A DNA stretch of 64,000 nucleotides from a virus. Taxonomy: Duplodnaviria > Heunggongvirae > Uroviricota > Caudoviricetes. Location: the IMG/VR virus record IMGVR_UViG_2609459826_000002. The stretch is one strand, 5' to 3'. Position 1 is the stretch's first letter. Each line of letters begins with the position of its first letter. Positions 28,258 to 38,544 of this stretch are shown piece by piece. Below the pieces are notes generated by a model. The model was not told the origin of the DNA and did no database searches. It worked only from the letters and a program-made list of their open reading frames with translations. The position numbers and the translations under genes were made by a program.

Positions 28258-29297
28258 AGGCTGAAGCATGGCGGGTCAGCAAACTTGGTGAAATACCTGA
28301 TATAACGTTCGAGGAAGCGTGTGTCAGGTGGCTTGAAGAGAAAGCACATAAAAAATCACTGGACGATGACAAAAGCCGGATCGGATTCTGGCTTCAACAT
28401 TTCGCAGGAATGCAACTAAGAGACATTACTGAATCAAAAATTTATTCAGCAATGCAGAAAATGACGAACCGGCGTCATGAGGAAAACTGGAAACTCAGGG
28501 CAGAAGCATGCAGAAAAAAAGGGAAACCTGTTCCAGAATACACGCCAAAACCAGCGTCCGTTGCAACGAAGGCTACGCATCTTTCATTTATAAAGGCCCT
28601 ACTAAGAGCCGCAGAGCGTGAATGGAAAATGCTGGATAAGGCACCAATTATTAAAGTGCCTCAACCAAAGAATAAACGGATCCGCTGGCTGGAGCCCCAT
28701 GAAGCACAAAGGCTGATTGATGAATGTCCGGAGCCATTAAAGTCTGTTGTTGAATTTGCACTGGCAACAGGCTTAAGACGCTCGAACATCATCAACCTTG
28801 AATGGCAACAAATAGATATGCAGCGCCGGGTGGCATGGATAAACCCGGAAGAGAGTAAATCAAACCGCGCAATCGGCGTTGCGCTGAATGATACTGCATG
28901 TCGCGTTTTGAAAAAACAAATCGGGAATCATCACCGTTGGGTATTTGTGTACAAGGAAAGCTGCACCAAACCAGACGGAACGAAAGCGCCAACAGTAAGG
29001 AAGATGCGGTATGACGCAAACACAGCCTGGAAAGCGGCGCTGAGACGGGCTGGTATTGATGATTTCAGATTTCACGACTTGAGACACACCTGGGCAAGTT
29101 GGCTGGTTCAAGCCGGAGTCCCGTTGTCAGTGTTACAGGAAATGGGAGGCTGGGAGTCTATCGAAATGGTTCGTCGATATGCTCACCTTGCACCTAATCA
29201 CCTTACCGAACACGCACGGCAAATAGACTCGATCCTGAACCCATCGGTCCCAAATTTGTCCCAGTCAAAAAATAAGGAAGGTACTAATGATGTGTAA
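28134..29297 (+). CDS. int: lambdoid tyrosine integrase (IntD/DLP12-like)
   Basis: 387 aa; near-identity to E. coli DLP12 IntD as recalled; catalytic region HDLRHTWAS...VRRYAHL; stop 15 nt before att core. Confidence 0.9.
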   Translation: MSLFRRGEIWYASFTLPNGKRFKQSLGTKDKRQATELHDKLKAEAWRVSKLGEIPDITFEEACVRWLEEKAHKKSLDDDKSRIGFWLQHFAGMQLRDITESKIYSAMQKMTNRRHEENWKLRAEACRKKGKPVPEYTPKPASVATKATHLSFIKALLRAAEREWKMLDKAPIIKVPQPKNKRIRWLEPHEAQRLIDECPEPLKSVVEFALATGLRRSNIINLEWQQIDMQRRVAWINPEESKSNRAIGVALNDTACRVLKKQIGNHHRWVFVYKESCTKPDGTKAPTVRKMRYDANTAWKAALRRAGIDDFRFHDLRHTWASWLVQAGVPLSVLQEMGGWESIEMVRRYAHLAPNHLTEHARQIDSILNPSVPNLSQSKNKEGTNDV

Positions 29298-29311
29298 CTT
29301 ATTGATTTAAA

Positions 29312-29360
29312 TGGTGCCGATAATAGGAGTCGAACCTACGACCTTCGCATTACGAATGCG
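29312..29360 (-). other. attachment-site core: 49-nt copy of the 3' end of tRNA-Thr(CGU) (thrW-type), not a complete tRNA gene
   Basis: Minus strand reads CGCATTCGTAATGCGAAGGTCGTAGGTTCGACTCCTATTATCGGCACCA (anticodon loop with CGT, T-arm, acceptor 3' strand, CCA); sequence upstream of it does not continue the tRNA. Confidence 0.75.
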
Positions 29361-29542
29361 ACGTTATTATATTTTTACCCCTTTAAAAACCTACTCTTAA
29401 AACAAGTAATTCATTATAAAACATTGTGTTATGAAAAACACCTGTTGATAAAAATTGACAGGTGTTGATGTTTATTCCCCCATTTTACTTACACCAGCAG
29501 TTACATTATGGTGATGTAACATTTCTCATCTGGAGCCCCAAA

Positions 29543-30850
29543 ATGGCACTTCCAAGACAAAAACTCACCTTCGAGCGCATTCGAAAATTTGCTTTATCTG
29601 AAGGAAAAACCCAGGCATTTCTTTGGGATGCGGACGTAACTTCCCTGGCATGTCGGGCAACTCGCGGAACAAAAGCTTTTGTGTTCCAAAGCGTATATGC
29701 GGGAAAAACCCTTCGCATGACCATTGGCAACATTAACGATTGGAGGATTGATGATGCCAGGGCCGAAGCCAGGCGGCTGCAAACATTAATCGATACTGGG
29801 ATAGATCCGCGTATAGCTAAGGCAGAAAAAATTGCTGAAGCGGAATCACAGCAGGATGAATCTCGTAAAACGAAGGTAACCTTCACAAGCGCCTGGGAAG
29901 ATTACCTTGAAGAATTGAGAACCGGAATCAGCGCAAAAACTAAACGCCCATATTCTACTCGATACATTGCCGATCACATTAACTTGTCCAGCCGTGGAGG
30001 GGAAAGTAAAAAAAGAGGCCGGGGCCCAACCTCGGCTGGACCATTGGCTAGCTTACTCGACCTACCGTTATCGGAACTAACACCAGAGAACATTGCCGCA
30101 TGGCTAAGTACAGAGAGACAAAATCGGCCTACCGTCACTGCTCATGCCTACCGGCTGTTGCGTGCATTTATCAAATGGGCTAATTACCAGAAAAAATATC
30201 AGGGAATAATCCATGGCGATATTGCACAAGATCATAACGTGAGAAAAGTGGTTCCAGTATCAGCGAGTAAAGCGGGAGATTGCTTACAAAAAGAACAGTT
30301 AAAAATCTGGTTCAGTGCCGTACGTAGCCTCAATAATCCCATTGCATCGGCCTATCTCCAAGTACTTTTGCTCACCGGTGCACGGCGTGAAGAAATTGCG
30401 TCACTTCGGTGGTCTGACGTAGATTTCAAATGGTCAAGCATGAGGATTAAAGACAAGATCGAAGGCGAACGTATCATCCCTCTCACTCCTTATGTTTCTG
30501 AGCTGTTAAGTGCGCTAGCGCAATTCCCAAATTCTGACGTAAATAAGGAGGGTTGGGTTTTCAGAAGTAACAGCAAAAGTGGCAAAATTATTGAACCGCG
30601 TTCAGGACACAACAGAGCGTTAGCTCGAGCTGAGTTACCACATATCAGCCTTCACGGCTTACGCCGTAGTTTTGGCACTCTTGCTGAATGGGTTGAAGTG
30701 CCAACAGGTATTGTTGCTCAAATTATGGGACACAAACCAAGTGCACTGGCGGAAAAACACTACCGCCGTCGTCCGTTAGATCTGTTGCGCAAATGGCATG
30801 AAAAAATTGAGAGGTGGATCTTACAGCAAGCAAATATTGTAAAAAAATAA
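29543..30850 (+). CDS. int: P4-type tyrosine integrase
   Basis: 435 aa from ATG 29543 (GGAG RBS); catalytic motifs ...HGLRRSFGT...IMGHK...YRR; begins about 180 bp from tRNA fragment. Confidence 0.9.
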   Translation: MALPRQKLTFERIRKFALSEGKTQAFLWDADVTSLACRATRGTKAFVFQSVYAGKTLRMTIGNINDWRIDDARAEARRLQTLIDTGIDPRIAKAEKIAEAESQQDESRKTKVTFTSAWEDYLEELRTGISAKTKRPYSTRYIADHINLSSRGGESKKRGRGPTSAGPLASLLDLPLSELTPENIAAWLSTERQNRPTVTAHAYRLLRAFIKWANYQKKYQGIIHGDIAQDHNVRKVVPVSASKAGDCLQKEQLKIWFSAVRSLNNPIASAYLQVLLLTGARREEIASLRWSDVDFKWSSMRIKDKIEGERIIPLTPYVSELLSALAQFPNSDVNKEGWVFRSNSKSGKIIEPRSGHNRALARAELPHISLHGLRRSFGTLAEWVEVPTGIVAQIMGHKPSALAEKHYRRRPLDLLRKWHEKIERWILQQANIVKK

Positions 30851-30972
30851 CCGTTGATATGCGTTGATTTCATTTAATATCAATAGATTACAGAACAACA
30901 TCCATCGTTGACATAAGTGTATTTTAAGGTTTAAATTCCATCGTCCACTTTTAAATCAGGAGATAAAGCATT

Positions 30973-31422
30973 ATGTCTAATTCTTTGATGAGTTCTGCGC
31001 AAACAAGCTCACAGGCTCGAATAGTACGAGCCGTGCGTAAGATCATAGTTGTTCGTTCGAGTAAGCAGCGACAAACCTGTGCTGAGTCCATATTTCAGGA
31101 AAGACAGATGAACATCAGGATTCGAGCTGCTCTTGGACACCTTAATGAAAAAAACTCTGTATACAAAAAAAACAATCGTGATAAAACTTTGGGAGTTTTT
31201 TTTGCACGTAACATCTCGCACAAAAATCAGGCCGAAAACTCGCAAGGTAATGCGTCTAAATCAACTAAAAGTACCTCATCCGGTTCAAGCGAAGGTAGTG
31301 ACCCTGACCCTGAGGCTTATTCAAGCTTGAATTTTTCGTTTTCTTTTTGGTCCTTTCTTTCCCTTTTAATTTCATTACTCTTTGTATATGCCTGCATCTC
31401 AATCATTGAGGTGGTAGCATGA
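30973..31422 (+). CDS. hypothetical low-complexity protein with C-terminal hydrophobic helix
   Basis: 149 aa, AGGAG RBS, Ser/Lys-rich, C-terminal FSFWSFLSLLISLLFVYACISII; AT-rich. Confidence 0.35.
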   Translation: MSNSLMSSAQTSSQARIVRAVRKIIVVRSSKQRQTCAESIFQERQMNIRIRAALGHLNEKNSVYKKNNRDKTLGVFFARNISHKNQAENSQGNASKSTKSTSSGSSEGSDPDPEAYSSLNFSFSFWSFLSLLISLLFVYACISIIEVVA

Positions 31423-31640
31423 GCATATATGAGCAATCTAAAACACCTCTATCTGAGCTTGTTTCCACAGGTGAGTTAGCACATCTACTAAATCTTAAAG
31501 CCCAAACAATTAGAAAATGGCTTTGCCAAGACAAACTGCCTAATGGTTTACCGCGCCCCAAGAAAATTAACAGCCGACATTATTGGTTACGCAAAGACAT
31601 TGATAGATTCCTATTAACCTTCTCAGCATTTTGTAACTAA
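31419..31640 (+). CDS. AlpA-family phage/island regulatory protein
   Basis: 73 aa; LSELVSTGELAHLLNLKAQTIRKWLCQDKLP typical AlpA HTH; GAGGTGG RBS. Confidence 0.8.
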   Translation: MSIYEQSKTPLSELVSTGELAHLLNLKAQTIRKWLCQDKLPNGLPRPKKINSRHYWLRKDIDRFLLTFSAFCN

Positions 31641-31775
31641 CATAGGCCTCAGGATAATAACTCACCAGCTATTCTAAAGAATAGCTGGCTTAATTAACAT
31701 AAACAATCCATTAATAGCATAGAATAAATCATCACTGTTTATCACATTTTACATTAACGAAATTCAAGGATACAT

Positions 31776-32540
31776 ATGAAAAAACGCATCACTTTCAGCG
31801 CAAACAAAAAATCTACTATTGATGCAATTGATGACTATAGCCGTGCAAAAGGATACTCTAGGTCAGAGGTGATATCATTTTTGTTAAACGCCACAGCCCC
31901 AGCATTGAATAAAATAACATCGCAATATCATATAGCTCAAACTTTGGAGTCAACATTAGGCTGTATTTTTGAAGAGAAGGCCCCCTCAATCGCACGGGGT
32001 GAGCCAAAATTAACTTACGAAGAGTTTTTTTATTCCGTCTGGAACACTCACATTCGACACCGGAACGAGGTTGTCGATCAAGATTTTTATGCGCACAAAA
32101 TACCTCATGATAAGATGGGTAAGAGCGAAAAAAAATTAATTCATGAAAAGCTCTCATACATTATAAAAAGTTTCAATGTGAAAAAAGCAATTTTTATTTA
32201 CACAGATCGGCGCGTGAACCGCAAACATCTCATTGCAGGAGGGTTATCTAATATCATACTGATAAAGGACACAGTCTACGATGGTTGTTTTTTTGATTTG
32301 AGCAGCATTGTGATTATGCCAATCTTTGAACTTATTACATTTGGAGTTGAGGCAGTATTGAAAAGAAATAAAACTCCCCCTAAACAATCATGCTATTGCT
32401 GGATACCAATTTATTACACAAATGATCTAGCGGTAATGGTTCCGGTAATTGCCGAAGGCGATACACCTCAAAAGGCGATGAAAGGAGGAGATGCCATCAT
32501 TATTAATCCCTTTAACGGTGAAGTAAACCATACATTCTGA
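31776..32540 (+). CDS. hypothetical protein with N-terminal ribbon-helix-helix-like region and uncharacterised C-terminal domain
   Basis: 254 aa, AT-rich; N-terminus KRITFSANKKSTIDAIDDYSRAKGYSRSEVISFLL resembles RHH (CopG/Arc) fold; AAGGA RBS. Confidence 0.5.
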   Translation: MKKRITFSANKKSTIDAIDDYSRAKGYSRSEVISFLLNATAPALNKITSQYHIAQTLESTLGCIFEEKAPSIARGEPKLTYEEFFYSVWNTHIRHRNEVVDQDFYAHKIPHDKMGKSEKKLIHEKLSYIIKSFNVKKAIFIYTDRRVNRKHLIAGGLSNIILIKDTVYDGCFFDLSSIVIMPIFELITFGVEAVLKRNKTPPKQSCYCWIPIYYTNDLAVMVPVIAEGDTPQKAMKGGDAIIINPFNGEVNHTF

Positions 32541-32623
32541 TACCAATGTTAAGCATAACCACTTAGTTTACATACATCTCGACAGTATGGAGTTATTGCC
32601 TAATAGCTAGATGAGAGCAAAAG

Positions 32624-32800
32624 ATGCCTACTAACAAAACAAAACCAAAGAAAATGCAGGGAAGACCTGAAGGAAGTAAATATTCTTATCTAATTCAGAA
32701 TGAGAAGGCTAAGCATTACTCTCAATCCAAGGTGGCAAAGATCTTAGGAATAAGCATTTCCACGGTAAAAAGATACTGGGATAATGGTATCTTTGGATGA
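32624..32800 (+). CDS. small HTH protein
   Basis: 58 aa (MPTNKTKPKKMQGRPEGSKYSYLIQNEKAKHYSQSKVAKILGISISTVKRYWDNGIFG); below ORF-track cutoff. Confidence 0.4.
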   Translation: MPTNKTKPKKMQGRPEGSKYSYLIQNEKAKHYSQSKVAKILGISISTVKRYWDNGIFG

Positions 32801-33002
32801 TTATAATTGCAGAGTTACTTTTTAAGTATTTTACTGCACGGGTAATGGGTTGATAACAAGTTTTATTGTTGGAAAGGTATTATAAAGCAATCATTACTAC
32901 CAACAGTTAATTAACATAACTAATTACAGACATTCAACTATGTCTTATCATATTACTATATACGGCTATCGAAAGCCGTAGGACTAGCTACAGGATCGAA
33001 AC

Positions 33003-33623
33003 ATGGAATTATATCATGGTTCACATGGTGAGCATGTGCTCGCCTATAAAAAAAATATTGAACGAGTCGTCAATGATGCACTCAGTGAATTCCCCAGAAC
33101 AATGGCATTACGTGTTGATGTACATTACCCCCCCATTCTAGACAGAGGTGATACTGTTTGCTGTTTTCCTAATCTAGAGCCTGGTGCCATATCCCGTTTC
33201 CGTAATGCATTAAATGCCATGTTGGAGGCCAATGAGAGAGCCAGAGCCGCCAACGGTAAAAGAATATATCCAAACCGAGTTCGTCATGTTTGGGTAAGGG
33301 AGTTTTCCGAAGAGGGAAAATGTCATTTTCATATTGGTCTTTTTTTTAACAAAGATGCTTATTACCATTTAGGTGATTATGAGGCTGAAAGCAATTTAAG
33401 GATGATGATTGTAAGAGCATGGTATAGCGCACTGGGATTGGAACTGGATGATTATCCGGGATTGGTTCACTACCCTGAAAATTGTCGTTATATATTAGAC
33501 GTCAATGATTTTAACTTTGAAGGAGAATACAATAAATTACTGAATCGTCTTGACTACCTGGCTAAACTTGATACAAAAGTATACGGAGATGGCGACCGTA
33601 GCTTCGGCTGCAGTCGCGGGTAA
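33003..33623 (+). CDS. YagK/YfjJ-family (inovirus Gp2-like) protein
   Basis: 206 aa; size and sequence style of YagK/YfjJ proteins of P4-type islands (recalled family). Confidence 0.65.
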   Translation: MELYHGSHGEHVLAYKKNIERVVNDALSEFPRTMALRVDVHYPPILDRGDTVCCFPNLEPGAISRFRNALNAMLEANERARAANGKRIYPNRVRHVWVREFSEEGKCHFHIGLFFNKDAYYHLGDYEAESNLRMMIVRAWYSALGLELDDYPGLVHYPENCRYILDVNDFNFEGEYNKLLNRLDYLAKLDTKVYGDGDRSFGCSRG

Positions 33624-33696
33624 TTTATTTTTTTACAGAAATGGCCTTTCTTATGGATGGAAAGGCCAAACCCATCAGTTAAAGATGGTTGTTTTA

Positions 33697-34191
33697 CTAT
33701 AATCCAACGACCTCATCCCCGATATTAGTCAAAATCATTAATTCTTTAATCTCTCGTTGTGCCAACTGTAATTCAAACTGCTCTTGAATTAACATCCACT
33801 TCGACCAACTTCCACCGACTACATGCGATAATCGGAGTGCCATAGCTTTCGTCAGTGAAACTGAACCGTTCAACAATTCAACTATCTCTTGCTCGCGACA
33901 TCCCATGTAAACCGAAAATTTATTCAGTCCTATATTTGATACCGCTAGTATTTCGGCCAGTTTAATGCCGGGATGATCAGGAAGTAAGGTCATGCCGTAT
34001 TCATCCTGATAAATTCCATAAATAGAACAGCCAGTTTCTCTCAGTTCTCGTAAATTCTTCCCTGCAAACTTCAGCTCGTGTGAAAGCCCGAGAAACTCAC
34101 CAGTAAATTCATATTCTGCTTCAGGCCTATGGTGGCATTTGATCAATGCAAATGCCGCCCCTACTTTCTCAACTGTTACAGTAACCGACAT
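33697..34191 (-). CDS. HigA/VapI-like HTH (XRE-type) protein with about 65-aa N-terminal extension
   Basis: 164 aa, ATG with GGAGGTGG RBS; C-terminal HPGIKLAEIL...LNGSVSLTKAMALRLSHVVGGSWSKWMLIQEQFELQ matches HigA-type antidote pattern; 34 nt downstream of hsdR. Confidence 0.55.
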   Translation of the reverse strand: MSVTVTVEKVGAAFALIKCHHRPEAEYEFTGEFLGLSHELKFAGKNLRELRETGCSIYGIYQDEYGMTLLPDHPGIKLAEILAVSNIGLNKFSVYMGCREQEIVELLNGSVSLTKAMALRLSHVVGGSWSKWMLIQEQFELQLAQREIKELMILTNIGDEVVGL

Positions 34192-34225
34192 TGAACCACC
34201 TCCGTCAAGATAATCGATGAACGTT

Positions 34226-37200
34226 TTAGACTGTCCAGCTGTTCGACACCACTTCTGCCTGCTTCAAAATCAGTTCCACGGCGCCCGGCGTTTTGTCCGG
34301 CGGATACTTATACTTACGCAGCGTCTGGCGCACCAGAATACGCAATCGGGCACGCACGCTTTCACGCACCTGCCAGTCCACGGTGGTGGACTGCCGCAAT
34401 TTCAATGTCACTTCGATGGCCAGCTTTCTCAGCGTATCATCGCCCAGTTCACGCACTGCACTTTCATTTTCAGCCAGCGCATCATAGAAGGCGATTTCAT
34501 CCGGGGTCAGCCCCAGCGCATCATCACGCGCCATCGCCTCCTGGAACGCTTTCGCCATCTGGATCAGCTCTTCAATCACCTGCGCGGTCTCAATGGCGCG
34601 GTTATTGTATTTGAGCAGCACCGCTTTCAGTCGGTCGGAGTATTTCTTCTGCTGCACCACGTTATTGCCCGAACGGGCATGAATGCCGTCATTGAGCAGT
34701 TTTTCCAGCAGTTCCACTGCCAGATTACGCTGCGGCATTTCCCGCACTTCTTCCAAAAACTCATCGGACAGCAAACCTATGTTCGGTTTATCCAGCCCGG
34801 CGAGTGCGAAGACATCCTCAACCCCGGTCGCGACAACCGCGTTATCGAGGATCTTGCTCAGCAGAGAGTTTTTTTCTGACTGGCTAAACTTTGCCTTCGG
34901 ATCGAGCTTGATAAGCCCCACCCTGACCGCCGAAAGAAACGCGAACTCCTCCTGTAAGGGTTTCGCCTCATCCAGCGTATTACACAGTGACCAGGCTTTA
35001 CTCATCGCCAGCGAAACATCGAGGTAGCGTTTTTTACCGTCATCCAGCCCCAGAATATAGTTCACCGCATCGCGTAAGAACGCTAACGGGTCGCGAGAAA
35101 AACCTGCGTAACTGAAGCCGGGTTTTCCTGCCGAGGGCGCAAACATCCCATGAATAATGTCGATTTTTTCCAGCAGAATGGCAAAGGCTTCCCGGGCATC
35201 GACCGTGGACTGCCCTTTGCCTTTTGAGTCGGTATAGGTTTTCAGCGCCTGCTTCAGCTCGTTGGCAATGCCGATGTAATCGACCACCAGCCCGCCGGGC
35301 TTATCGCGGAACACGCGGTTAACACGCGCAATGGCCTGCATCAGGTTGTGGCCACGCATCGGCTTGTCGATATACATGGTGTGGCAGCACGGCGCGTCAA
35401 ACCCAGTCAGCCACATATCCCGCACAATCACCAGTTTCAGCGGGTCATTTAGATCTTTAAAGCGGGCTTCCAGGCGTTTTTTGGTCTGTTTGTTGTAGAT
35501 ATGCGATTGCAGATGATCTTTATCTGACGCTGATCCGGTCATGATGACTTTGATCGCCCCTTGTTCAACGTCTTCACTGTGCCATTCAGGGCGTATCGCC
35601 ACGATGGCATCGTACAGTTTCACGCAGATCTCGCGGCTCATGGCGACAACCATCGCCTTGCCGTTCATGGCAGTGTTACGTGTTTCAAAATGCTGAACCA
35701 GATCGGCGGCGACCTGCTGAATACGTGGCTCTGAACCGACCAGCTTTTCCAGACGGCTCCAGTCACCTTTGGTTTTCTCCTGCTGGCCGGTCTCTTCATC
35801 TTCCACCAGCTCATCCACCTGATCGGAGAGCGTTTCCAGCTCCTCATGGTTCAGGTCGAGCTTTGCCAAGCGGGATTCGTAGTAAATTGGCACCGTCGCG
35901 CCGTCATCCACCGCATCCTGAATATCGTAGATCGAGACATAATCACCGAACACGGCACGGGTATCTTTATCTTCAGACGCAATCGGTGTACCGGTAAAGC
36001 CCATAAACGACGCATTCGGTAGCGCATCGCGCATATGCTTGGCGTAGCCGTATTTATAGGCCCCGGTTTGCCGGTCCAGCGTGGCGCTCAGGCCATACTG
36101 GCTACGGTGCGCTTCATCGGAAATCACCACGATGTTGCTGCGTGAGTTAAGTGCCGGATGGCTCTGCTCGTTGTCCAGAGGCGCAAACTTTTGCACAGTG
36201 GTAAAGATAATGCCGCCGGATTCACGGGCATTGAGCAGTTCGCGCAATTCGTCACGGTCATTAGCCTGTAACGGCGTTTGCTTGAGTAAATCCTGCGCCT
36301 GGCAAAACGTGGCATAGAGCTGCCCGTCGAGATCGTTACGATCCGTCACCACCACGATGGTCGGGTTGTTCATCTCCGCCTGTTGCAGCAGCTTTCCGGC
36401 GTAACAGCACATGGAGATACTCTTGCCAGAGCCCTGGGTATGCCACACCACGCCTGCTTTTTTACTGCCCGGCTGGATGTTACTCCGTAATGGCAGATAT
36501 TTGCCGGTAGACGCCACAATCGTCGCCGCAACCGCTTCACGCACCGCGTGGAACTGATGGTATGCGGCAATCTTTTTGATAAGCCGTTTGCCATCGTTTT
36601 CAAACAGCACAAAGAAACGAATGTAATCGAGCAGCAGTTCGCGATTAAAGAAGCCCTGCACTACCGTTTTAAGCTGCCAGTCAAACTGCGGCTTGTCGTC
36701 TTCGTTAGCCACGGTTTTCCACGGCAGGAAACGCTCTTCATCGGCGGTCAGCGAGCCGATACGCGCATTCTGCCCGTCGCTTACCACCAGCGCTTCATTG
36801 CAGATAAACAGGTCGCTCAGTTCGTTTTTATAGGTCTGTAGCTGGTTAAACGCCGCCCAGATATCGGCACTGGCATCAATCGGGCTTTTCAGCTCAAGCA
36901 CCGCCACCGGCAGGCCGTTGATATAGCCAATCACATCCGGGCGACGTACCTGTTTTATGCCCTGAATCGCCACCTGATTGACCACCATAAAGCGGTTATT
37001 GGCGGTGCGGTTAAAATCCATCAGCAGCGCTTTATCGTGGATAACCTTGTCTTCCTGCTTGTACTCAACGGGCACACCGTCGAGCAGCAGATGATGGAAG
37101 GCTTTGTTGCTGACGACAAGATCCGGGCTTTGGGCATGGGCGATACGCAGTATCACCTCTTCCAGCACGGCAACAGGGAGATGGGGATTGATGGTTTGCA

Positions 37201-37357
37201 GTTGCTCCAGCATCACCGGGCGAAGAAACACATCATGAAAGGAAGCACGCAACGGGTTGTCGCCATCCGGCGCAATATCTGGCCCGTGCAGCACTTCCCA
37301 GCCCTGTACAGCAAACCATTGCAGGCACTGCTGTTCTAAATCGTCTTCGCTTAGCAT
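34226..37357 (-). CDS. hsdR: type I restriction enzyme R subunit (HsdR)
   Basis: 1043 aa; helicase motifs ([10 protein letters not shown] Walker [15 protein letters not shown] box); ATG with GAGGAAG RBS; shares 1 nt with upstream gene stop. Confidence 0.9.
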   Translation of the reverse strand: MLSEDDLEQQCLQWFAVQGWEVLHGPDIAPDGDNPLRASFHDVFLRPVMLEQLQTINPHLPVAVLEEVILRIAHAQSPDLVVSNKAFHHLLLDGVPVEYKQEDKVIHDKALLMDFNRTANNRFMVVNQVAIQGIKQVRRPDVIGYINGLPVAVLELKSPIDASADIWAAFNQLQTYKNELSDLFICNEALVVSDGQNARIGSLTADEERFLPWKTVANEDDKPQFDWQLKTVVQGFFNRELLLDYIRFFVLFENDGKRLIKKIAAYHQFHAVREAVAATIVASTGKYLPLRSNIQPGSKKAGVVWHTQGSGKSISMCCYAGKLLQQAEMNNPTIVVVTDRNDLDGQLYATFCQAQDLLKQTPLQANDRDELRELLNARESGGIIFTTVQKFAPLDNEQSHPALNSRSNIVVISDEAHRSQYGLSATLDRQTGAYKYGYAKHMRDALPNASFMGFTGTPIASEDKDTRAVFGDYVSIYDIQDAVDDGATVPIYYESRLAKLDLNHEELETLSDQVDELVEDEETGQQEKTKGDWSRLEKLVGSEPRIQQVAADLVQHFETRNTAMNGKAMVVAMSREICVKLYDAIVAIRPEWHSEDVEQGAIKVIMTGSASDKDHLQSHIYNKQTKKRLEARFKDLNDPLKLVIVRDMWLTGFDAPCCHTMYIDKPMRGHNLMQAIARVNRVFRDKPGGLVVDYIGIANELKQALKTYTDSKGKGQSTVDAREAFAILLEKIDIIHGMFAPSAGKPGFSYAGFSRDPLAFLRDAVNYILGLDDGKKRYLDVSLAMSKAWSLCNTLDEAKPLQEEFAFLSAVRVGLIKLDPKAKFSQSEKNSLLSKILDNAVVATGVEDVFALAGLDKPNIGLLSDEFLEEVREMPQRNLAVELLEKLLNDGIHARSGNNVVQQKKYSDRLKAVLLKYNNRAIETAQVIEELIQMAKAFQEAMARDDALGLTPDEIAFYDALAENESAVRELGDDTLRKLAIEVTLKLRQSTTVDWQVRESVRARLRILVRQTLRKYKYPPDKTPGAVELILKQAEVVSNSWTV

Positions 37358-38544
37358 CAGGCTTCCTCTGTCTCAGGATCGTCCGCTTCTTCCGGTACGT
37401 TGGATATCTCTTTCAACGCCATATTCAGTGGCGCAATAAAGGGATCGAGCGCTTTTTCAAACGCCGTCAGGTTAACCAGCAGCCAGTCGATCATCGCTGG
37501 CCAGTTGCTCTCATCAAGGTTGGTAGCAGGTGTGGCAAAGGAGATTCGGCAGGATTTTTTGCCTGGCAGCGGTTCCCACTTCAGCGCATGACCAAATGTC
37601 TCTTCAATCGCCGCTTTACGCTCATACAGCCAGTTATAGGCAAAGGTGTTGCTCTCTGCCGAGGATTTGGCAATCCAGAACTCAACGCGAGTTTCTTTCT
37701 TACTAAAAATCATATTGTAAGAAAGTGCGCTGATACCCGAACCGGCACTAAGCCAGTGGTCTGTTGACGGGCTGATATTGTTGTACAGCGTGCAGGAACT
37801 GGCTTTCAGACGCTCCAGCATTTTGGTCCAGAAAGCTTTGCGCAGCAGATGGCGGGTTTTCAGCTCGCCGCTGGTGGACTGCTCTTCGGCTTCTTTCTGC
37901 GCCATGCCGATCATGAAGGATTCGGCTTCCGGCGTCGGGATCACCTGGCGAATATCAACGAAAACATCATCGTTGAATTTGTATGGTTTCACCTTAAAGC
38001 ACTGCACACGCAGGCCAAACTGCATCAACCATAGCGCGGTATTGGTGACCTCTTTGCGGAAGCTCGCCGCCACCATCATCACCCTCTGGGTGCGGCTCTG
38101 GTTAATTTGCACTTCATCCAGGCTTTCACACTCCAGAAACTCCGCCATCACCTCTGCCGCCGGACGGGTCTCTTCCGGTTCGTATTTATCGAGATAGAGT
38201 TGGAAGATGTCCAGAATCTGTTCTTTACGCAGATTGGCGCAGTAACCGGCGTATTTCAGCGCCTGCCACACTACGTCACGCCCGGAGTCATCGAGCTTAT
38301 TTTCGATGATCACCAAATTGCGCTGTTTATCGATAGCCAGCAGGTCGAGGCGCTCTTTGGTGTCGTCAAAACCGGCGAACTCTTTCTGGATAATCAGCAG
38401 TTCATCATCGTTATCGCGGGTCAACGCCTGGGGATTTTTTGCCAGCCACTCCTGCAGGTGATAGCGCTCGGTATAACCGAGGCTGCTAAAAGACACCTCC
38501 TGCAACGAGTGCAGGCTATTGGTTGGCATATCGACTTTATACAT
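37357..38544 (-). CDS. uncharacterised protein encoded inside the type I R-M operon; PD-(D/E)xK/NucS-like motif
   Basis: 395 aa; overlaps hsdS stop by 8 nt and hsdR start by 1 nt; motif [23 protein letters not shown] resembles D...E.K nuclease core; no Walker A. Confidence 0.7.
   Translation of the reverse strand: MYKVDMPTNSLHSLQEVSFSSLGYTERYHLQEWLAKNPQALTRDNDDELLIIQKEFAGFDDTKERLDLLAIDKQRNLVIIENKLDDSGRDVVWQALKYAGYCANLRKEQILDIFQLYLDKYEPEETRPAAEVMAEFLECESLDEVQINQSRTQRVMMVAASFRKEVTNTALWLMQFGLRVQCFKVKPYKFNDDVFVDIRQVIPTPEAESFMIGMAQKEAEEQSTSGELKTRHLLRKAFWTKMLERLKASSCTLYNNISPSTDHWLSAGSGISALSYNMIFSKKETRVEFWIAKSSAESNTFAYNWLYERKAAIEETFGHALKWEPLPGKKSCRISFATPATNLDESNWPAMIDWLLVNLTAFEKALDPFIAPLNMALKEISNVPEEADDPETEEA

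Noticed and set aside
29312-29387. Complete tRNA-Thr gene
   Set aside because: Only the 3' 49 nt match; the sequence where the D-arm and 5' acceptor strand should be is AT-rich and cannot pair with the acceptor 3' strand, so it is an att copy.
34217-35027. Plus-strand ORFs (220 aa, 114 aa and others) within hsdR
   Set aside because: Antisense shadow ORFs; His/Arg-rich or low-complexity translations without start signals.
37357-38544. PrrC-type anticodon nuclease (same size and same position between hsdS and hsdR)
   Set aside because: No Walker A/P-loop NTPase motif anywhere in the protein, so it is not PrrC or RloC; left as an uncharacterised nuclease-like protein.
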